This document shows positions 58,023-64,000 of a DNA stretch of 64,000 nucleotides, piece after piece; position 1 is the first letter of the stretch, and every line of letters begins with the position of its first letter. This DNA is from Wickerhamiella versatilis (Eukaryota), in assembly GCA_030867685.1 (NCBI GenBank), contig JAQOWU010000003.1:124001-188000 (forward strand). The letters run 5' to 3'. The notes beneath the pieces are model-generated. The model saw nothing but the letters and a program-made list of their open reading frames with translations. It did no database searches and was not told the DNA's origin. Made by a program: the position numbers and the translations under genes.

Positions 58023-58580
58023 ATGCAATTCACCACTCTTTCCATCCTCGCTTCTTTCGTTCTTGCTGCCCCATCGAACTTCGACAACACTGTCGAGGAC
58101 TGCTTCGACCAGAGTGATTACGATGCCAACTCCAATCCTAACATGGCTGGTCTTCATAATGCCATCACCAACTCGAAACAGGTTGTTGACACCCTTGCTG
58201 GCCAGATAAAGTCCGGTGATGGTCACGCCGTCGCAAGCTCTCTCAACGCCTTGATCACCGGTACTGACTCCCAGATTGACAACGTCCTTGGCATGCTCAC
58301 CGACTCCAAGGTATTGACCTACGGTACCCTTGGTCTTAACAAGGACATTGGTAACTTCCTCCTCGGTGACTTCTTCCAGTCCGTAACCAACGGGGTCGAG
58401 GTTCTGATCGGCAATATTGGCGGTGGTGCAATTGACCTTGTTACTGACGGCGGTGTCAAGGATCTTTCACAAGCCATTGGCAAACTGAGTGACATGGCAT
58501 CCAAAGACTATCACGTCAGTGACGACAAGGTCAACGCACTGACCAATGCCAGCACTCAGCTCATGCAGCTCAAACACTAG
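58023..58580 (+). CDS. Secreted 185 aa protein, copy B
   Basis: Differs from 35189-35746 at two residues (A4T and one N>S near the C-terminus). Confidence 0.9.
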   Translation: MQFTTLSILASFVLAAPSNFDNTVEDCFDQSDYDANSNPNMAGLHNAITNSKQVVDTLAGQIKSGDGHAVASSLNALITGTDSQIDNVLGMLTDSKVLTYGTLGLNKDIGNFLLGDFFQSVTNGVEVLIGNIGGGAIDLVTDGGVKDLSQAIGKLSDMASKDYHVSDDKVNALTNASTQLMQLKH

Positions 58581-59237
58581 AAAATATATGTACTGCTAAA
58601 ATTTCTATAGATATTATAAACACAATTTTATTCTCATACCTGCTTAAAATAAGCGATACTTCTCACCACATTTCCGCTCACTTTTCGGTTAGAAAATCAC
58701 TCCATACAGGTCACAATTTACATATCCGGCTATGACAAAAAATTCATTTGATCTCAGTCTGAGGTCATGTATTCCTAATGTATAACACTTTCCCTAGAAA
58801 AATAAGATTTATTCTGATTTCGTCAGAAATCAAAAAAAAAGACTAGACTGGCTTGTAACGGCATTGCCTACGAGTGTTCCAGTGCGCATGAAAGCCTTTT
58901 TATATCCCGAAGGAGGGCCTAGCGTGGATAGATCCACAGTATCTTCCGTGCGTGCAGTCAATTGGACAATCAAGAAGACTAGTGTCCGATAAAGCCGATT
59001 CTGCTTAATAACTATTCATTTTGTCACATGTGGTTTCAGTTGATAGCTTGTGATCGGAATTTGTGATCTATCTGTCATTATTGCTCCATTCTGCTATCGA
59101 GTCTGGCAATATTCTAAGTCTAGTATGACGGCATAGAAAATTCGGGGCATCGACATAATCGCCACTTGTATAATACCATTGCTTAAGTATTTGAGTCGCA
59201 TTGATTCAAGTGGTAGCAGAAAATTTTAGAAAAAAAA

Positions 59238-60431
59238 TTACAAATTATGCTTTGGCTTGAAAAAGCGTCTAAAACTAAAGGGTCGTAAGTCAAACTCTGA
59301 ACTTTCACCAATTATTTCCTTGGACACAGCCTGCCCTATACCTGCAGAATGCTTAAATCCATGACCAGAACAAGCAGATACGACGAAAACATTAGGCATT
59401 TTGGGGTGATAGTCGAGTATGAAGTCATTGTCAGGGGTTATAGTGTACATACATGCTGCAGATTGGACAACATTATCCGACACACCTATCAGCCGGTTCT
59501 TAATGTGGTCATTAAACATCTTTTGTGACTCTTGTGCAGATACTTCACGGTCAAGAAAGTCTGGATGCGTTGATGTAATGGCTTGCTCTGTAGCCACCTT
59601 GACCATTCTCTGGCCAGGAAGAGGAGGAAAGCCATAAAAAGAATCAGTGTCCTTAGTGCCATGGATCCAGATCTCTACTGGCGAATTGGTAGGATACGCT
59701 GCATCTGGGTCCAGACGAAACCAATGGAGGGTTTGTCGACACACAGCCAATAGTCTTCTATAATCATCCCCTAATAAACTAGGAATCCATGCACCGGCAG
59801 ATACTACAGCCTTTCTGGCTTCCACAGTCATTTTATCTGTGATGATCTGAACACCTGAATCATTTTCGTGAATATCTTTCACCACCACACCTGTATAGAT
59901 ACGGGCTCCGTTTAGCACTGCATGTTTAAGTTGTACATCGATACACCTCTCTGGAAACACATATCCTCCTCCAGGCTCATAATAGGCAGTATCAGTTTTT
60001 GTTGCACCTGAAAACTGAGGGAATCTTGATACCAGGCCATCCCGATCAAGTAAAGAATATTCGATTCCAAACTTTCTTGCTGTACTCACGGTTTCTTGCA
60101 TGAAATCTTCTTTTCCATGCACTATGCCAATCTGATCACTAGCTATCACAACAGTTCCGCATTGCTCGAAGAGTTTCTCCCCCATTTCTTGTTCCAGCTC
60201 TCTCCAACGTCTCTGCGACGCTAAGACAAACGGGACATAGTTTGCACCCTCGCCCACAGCCTGCCGGGTAATACGTGTTTCGCCATGACTAGAACCCTGA
60301 TCATGCGGCGGTGTAAATCGATCAAGACCGATAACATTCAAGCCCTTCATCGCTAGCTGGTCAATGACTGCAGAGCCCATTGCTCCAAGACCTACCACAA
60401 CAACATCGCATTGCTCCTTTTCGTTGGTCAT
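59238..60431 (-). CDS. SolA/monomeric sarcosine oxidase family (N-methyl amino acid oxidase), bacterial type
   Basis: VVGLGAMGS, DRFTPPHDQGSSHGETRITRQA, ACMYT (covalent-FAD Cys), SACSGHGFKH. Confidence 0.92.
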   Translation of the reverse strand: MTNEKEQCDVVVVGLGAMGSAVIDQLAMKGLNVIGLDRFTPPHDQGSSHGETRITRQAVGEGANYVPFVLASQRRWRELEQEMGEKLFEQCGTVVIASDQIGIVHGKEDFMQETVSTARKFGIEYSLLDRDGLVSRFPQFSGATKTDTAYYEPGGGYVFPERCIDVQLKHAVLNGARIYTGVVVKDIHENDSGVQIITDKMTVEARKAVVSAGAWIPSLLGDDYRRLLAVCRQTLHWFRLDPDAAYPTNSPVEIWIHGTKDTDSFYGFPPLPGQRMVKVATEQAITSTHPDFLDREVSAQESQKMFNDHIKNRLIGVSDNVVQSAACMYTITPDNDFILDYHPKMPNVFVVSACSGHGFKHSAGIGQAVSKEIIGESSEFDLRPFSFRRFFKPKHNL

Positions 60432-60506
60432 TGTTGCGATTATCTTGGTAGAATACCTGATTTATAGGCCAAGCACTCGGCTATGATTTGGATTAGTCAC
60501 AACACC

Positions 60507-60520
60507 CTCGGCATCTCGGC
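60507..60520. promoter_or_regulatory. CGG direct repeat CTCGGCATCTCGGC in the oxidase/TF divergent promoter
   Basis: Two CGG triplets with 8-bp period; the same unit recurs at 62813-62840. Confidence 0.55.
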
Positions 60521-60728
60521 AAAGATAGCGCACCTACGCATGAGAGACATACTCGGTAGCTGTTGATATGACAAACATGATTGTTAACACTTAAATTAAA
60601 GTAGAGGGGTGTTTTCCGGCCATAATCCGTATCATTTTAGTTATTGATCCAATAGACATAGTGCTACGGGCTATCAAATACTACTTATTATTAATAGTAC
60701 CGACGGCTCTTGTAGTCCGTCCTCGTGC

Positions 60729-62504
60729 ATGGCGTTACCTTATCGCAGGAGAACTTCCAAGGCATGTGTAAACTGCCACAGTCGAAAAGTTCGATGCGAG
60801 TTTGATTCTAACCGGAGTGGTGGTTGTAAAAGGTGTAGGGCAGAGAGGGTACTCTGCCAGGAGCGCATTGTTCGAAGACGTCGTATGACAGCTGACGCGA
60901 ACACAGAGACGAGTTATCCGCATGAAGCTAGTCAAGATCCTCTTTCTATGGTGTCATCCTCCAGGGAAACCCTGAGTGCAGCTTCCAATATAGATAGGCT
61001 GAGGAATAATTTGCTCACTCCTGATGATGCTCTTCACATTCTGGGTAGTAGGGAAAATGAATCCTATGTAGAACAGCAGAATACGGAGATAGCGACAATT
61101 CAGGATACAGACATTGTTAAAAAAGGCATACTTCCAGCTGAAATTGTTCCTATATTGATTGAGTTTTTTTTTCAAGAAATAGGTAGCTTTCATATGCCAC
61201 GCATTCCTGCTGAGTACAGAACACCAGAACTTTATAAAGAGACACCTTTGCTGGCTGTTATATGTACTCTGGGTGCCAGGCATAGAGAGGACGATTGCTA
61301 TGCAGACATGCACAAAAGACTTTGGGCATATTGTGAAGACACACTGGGCAAGGCTATGTGGCAATGTCAAACTTTAAAGTCTGGAAGTAGTTGCAGTAGT
61401 ACTCGCAGCATGATTTTCGCTCTGTTAATATTAAGTGATTGGATTCCTGGCGCTTTTTTCTTAGAAGAGCCGAGCCAATTGCCAGTCGACTTTGTCAGAA
61501 AGTATACGGCTAAATGCTGGCTCTATGTGGGTTACGCTATCAAACTTGCCCAGTTCTTGGGTCTGCTCCAACATGACAAACTTATATATTTTGAGCTCCA
61601 TGCTTCGGAGAGTGCTCTAACGTGCCGACTAGGCAGAATATCTACCCTGGACGATTTGCCTGATCCGTGCGCATTCCAGGAAATAATTGAATGCCTTAGT
61701 AGGAAGGAAAAAGCCGTGCTGGACTTATTCAAATTGTATCCATTGGCAAACAAAACTATGTATAAGTCTCGTGCGCATACCATACATCTTTGCCGTACAG
61801 GCGAATACACTGACATGCTTCAAATGTTTGAGAATATATTCTCAAAATGGCAATTTGATTATTCTGACACACTATTAGAAGGTGATGACGATGAAATGGA
61901 TGTCAAATTTGAGTACGACTACTGCAAACTATACATCCTTTCGATCTCCATTGCCCCTTATTCCTCATTTTCTCAGGACCGGTTTTCACGCATAGACGAG
62001 TCTGAAAAATTTTTACATAGCGCCCTTGAAGCAGCAAGATCTGTTATCGTACGCATAACGGCAGTGGATCCCGTTCATAATACACCTCAAAGGTGGGCTT
62101 CCAGGCTTATTCACGCCGTTACTTTTTTGGCTAAGGTCTTAATTTCGGAACCCCGAAAATACTTTTGTAATGCTAATCTTGATATTTTCACCCGCATAAA
62201 GGAATTTGGGAGCGTACTGGATAAGTCCGCCATTCCCAGGTATGAGCGTTATTCTAAACTATTGGGATCTTTCTGTTGCAAGCTTTCGGAATGCCAAGAA
62301 ATGATCTATATGAATGAGAAATACAATGGTGAGTCGACGCAAAGTAGATCAATAGGCTCAAGGAGCGATCCAAGATCGCCTTTACGAGACAATCACCATT
62401 CTCACCCCCTGTCTCTTGAAGAGTTATTCCCGGGGTATTTAATCGATTTCTCTGAAACGTGGTTAGACTCTATGCCTTGTACTGTAACGTTTACCGATAA
62501 CTGA
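60729..62504 (+). CDS. Zn(II)2Cys6 transcription factor (Aro80/Dal81-like N-terminus)
   Basis: RRTSKACVNCHSRKVRC...CKRCRAERVLC binuclear cluster. Confidence 0.9.
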   Translation: MALPYRRRTSKACVNCHSRKVRCEFDSNRSGGCKRCRAERVLCQERIVRRRRMTADANTETSYPHEASQDPLSMVSSSRETLSAASNIDRLRNNLLTPDDALHILGSRENESYVEQQNTEIATIQDTDIVKKGILPAEIVPILIEFFFQEIGSFHMPRIPAEYRTPELYKETPLLAVICTLGARHREDDCYADMHKRLWAYCEDTLGKAMWQCQTLKSGSSCSSTRSMIFALLILSDWIPGAFFLEEPSQLPVDFVRKYTAKCWLYVGYAIKLAQFLGLLQHDKLIYFELHASESALTCRLGRISTLDDLPDPCAFQEIIECLSRKEKAVLDLFKLYPLANKTMYKSRAHTIHLCRTGEYTDMLQMFENIFSKWQFDYSDTLLEGDDDEMDVKFEYDYCKLYILSISIAPYSSFSQDRFSRIDESEKFLHSALEAARSVIVRITAVDPVHNTPQRWASRLIHAVTFLAKVLISEPRKYFCNANLDIFTRIKEFGSVLDKSAIPRYERYSKLLGSFCCKLSECQEMIYMNEKYNGESTQSRSIGSRSDPRSPLRDNHHSHPLSLEELFPGYLIDFSETWLDSMPCTVTFTDN

Positions 62505-62812
62505 AGACCCAGGATTCTTTCCTATATTTCTTTATTTATTACACTTCAAGTGCAGCAACTTATTTAGTTATTCTTAAATTCATTCTCATTTGATGGAAGC
62601 CTAAAGATTCAGTCCACTACCCGAGACTGGTTGTACGCTTCAGAAAGTTTCATCAGACATTCGTATGTTTTTCTTGCGAGCTGAATTTGAGACACTTAGG
62701 TATTAAAATTATCAGAGGCCATCATGTACTTTTCGTTTATGAAATCTGCTTGTATTTTTATACTATTAGGGGTATCTTATCTTTGTGCTCCCACGATAGG
62801 TAGGTTCAGGGT

Positions 62813-62840
62813 TCGGCATCTCGGCATCTCGGCATCTCGG
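62813..62840. repeat. (TCGGCATC)3-TCGG tandem repeat upstream of the permease; candidate Zn2Cys6 site
   Basis: Sequence tcggcatc tcggcatc tcggcatc tcgg, ending about 230 nt before ATG 63070 and just before TATAA. Confidence 0.75.
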
Positions 62841-63069
62841 TAGGTTATAATACACAAACCCCCCCATGACGGACTTCAGAGCGTAGTTGAATAGGAAAGA
62901 GGAAATAGCGAATCAGTAGTAAAGTATTGAAATAATAAGATAGTAGACTACTTCTTTTGGTATCAAGATGACAAGGTCCAGCTAAGATATGTGATTTGTT
63001 ACTGACAAATCATTAATCTCTCTTGGTATACCTTAAATCGGACGGGCTTCTGCAATAACAGATTTTAGC

Positions 63070-64000
63070 ATGAAGAAGGCTGAAGACTTAATTCACAAGG
63101 AGTCTGAAGCTCCTGAGGTAGGAAGTGTGGAATTGACCACTGTTAGCCGTGGGAATGTGTTTCAACTATTTTTTTATAACTTCAAGGCACATCCAGATGC
63201 CACAACGGTAATTCAAGCTGAAAAATGTTCTCAGGCTCTTCGACTTATGAAAGATTCAGAGGCGAAACTTTCAAAGAGACATATATTTGTCCTCTCAATA
63301 ACGAGTTGTATAGCTACTGGTTTCTTTGTCGGTAGCGGCAATGTGCTTAAACAATCTGGCCCTGCAAATCTTTTAATTGGTGCTGCCGTAATGGGAATTG
63401 CCTTAGTATGCACCATGTTCTCAGTAGGTGAGCTTTCTGTTCGATATCCCACCGTTACTCCTTACTTCGAACTTCCAATGCGCTTCATGGATGTATCTTG
63501 GGGATTTACTATAGGCTGGATGCATGCCCTTGCATATTTAATTGCTAGCCCTTTGGAGATTATTACCTGTGCCATGCTGACGCAGTATTGGAAGGACGAC
63601 AATAACCCGGCAGCACGGGTAAATCCCGTCGCTTGGGTTGCTCTTTTCTATGCTTTCATCGTAGCCGTGCAGCTATCAGGTAACCGCGGATTTGGTGAAT
63701 TTGAATTTCTGGTTGGCATGATTAAGCTTGCAACAATCATTGGTTTCATGATTTTTGCCATAGTGATTATCTGTGGTGGCGGACCGACACATACATACAT
63801 AGGGGGCAGCAACTGGCAACATCCTGAATATACGCTAGAAGGAAGCTACTCGAGGGGATTTGCTAATGGCTTCAAAGGGACAGTCATTTCGCTTGCAAAT
63901 TGGCCTTTCACCTATGGTGGGATGGAAATCTCCGCCACAGCAGCTTCAGAATCTTTATATCCGGAAAAAGCTATTCCACGAGCTGCAAAAGGAGCAGTTT
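63070..64000 (+). CDS. APC/YAT amino-acid permease, 5' part (runs off window)
   Basis: Open frame from ATG 63070: LSKRHIFVLSITSCIATGFFVGSG...GPANLLIG...GELSVRYP...RFMDVSWGFTIGW...RGFGEFEF...FTYGGME. Not in the ORF track. Confidence 0.92.
   Translation, partial: MKKAEDLIHKESEAPEVGSVELTTVSRGNVFQLFFYNFKAHPDATTVIQAEKCSQALRLMKDSEAKLSKRHIFVLSITSCIATGFFVGSGNVLKQSGPANLLIGAAVMGIALVCTMFSVGELSVRYPTVTPYFELPMRFMDVSWGFTIGWMHALAYLIASPLEIITCAMLTQYWKDDNNPAARVNPVAWVALFYAFIVAVQLSGNRGFGEFEFLVGMIKLATIIGFMIFAIVIICGGGPTHTYIGGSNWQHPEYTLEGSYSRGFANGFKGTVISLANWPFTYGGMEISATAASESLYPEKAIPRAAKGAV

Noticed and set aside
62813-62840. CRISPR array or telomeric repeat
   Set aside because: Only 3.5 copies of an 8-mer with no spacers, in a promoter position; better explained as a TF site.

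Overview
Eukaryotic, essentially intron-free budding-yeast (Saccharomycotina) DNA that looks like an accessory region: transporters, oxidoreductases, Zn2Cys6 regulators, secreted proteins and pseudogenes. Several bacterial-looking genes and an ABCB exporter resembling the Starmerella sophorolipid transporter suggest the Wickerhamiella/Starmerella clade. This is an inference from recalled family sequences, not a search. The main finding is at the left end. Three fungal riboflavin-biosynthesis genes (RIB4, missed by the ORF track, plus RIB1 and RIB3) are interleaved with an anchorless Fet3-like multicopper oxidase and a FRE ferric reductase. They are followed by an ABCB exporter (one internal stop), a secreted bacterial-type YncE beta-propeller and a ferroportin, which together make a candidate flavin-assisted iron-acquisition cluster. 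Further right are an amidase/Fen2 pair, a purine permease paired with a bacterial-like 2OG-Fe(II) dioxygenase, and a three-member secreted protein family with signs of gene conversion. There is also a bacterial-type D-malate/tartrate dehydrogenase with a PTS1-like tail, a divergent GABA-transaminase with a nonsense codon, and a SolA oxidase/Zn2Cys6 TF/permease trio whose promoters share a TCGGCATC direct repeat. All family calls come from motif recognition by eye.
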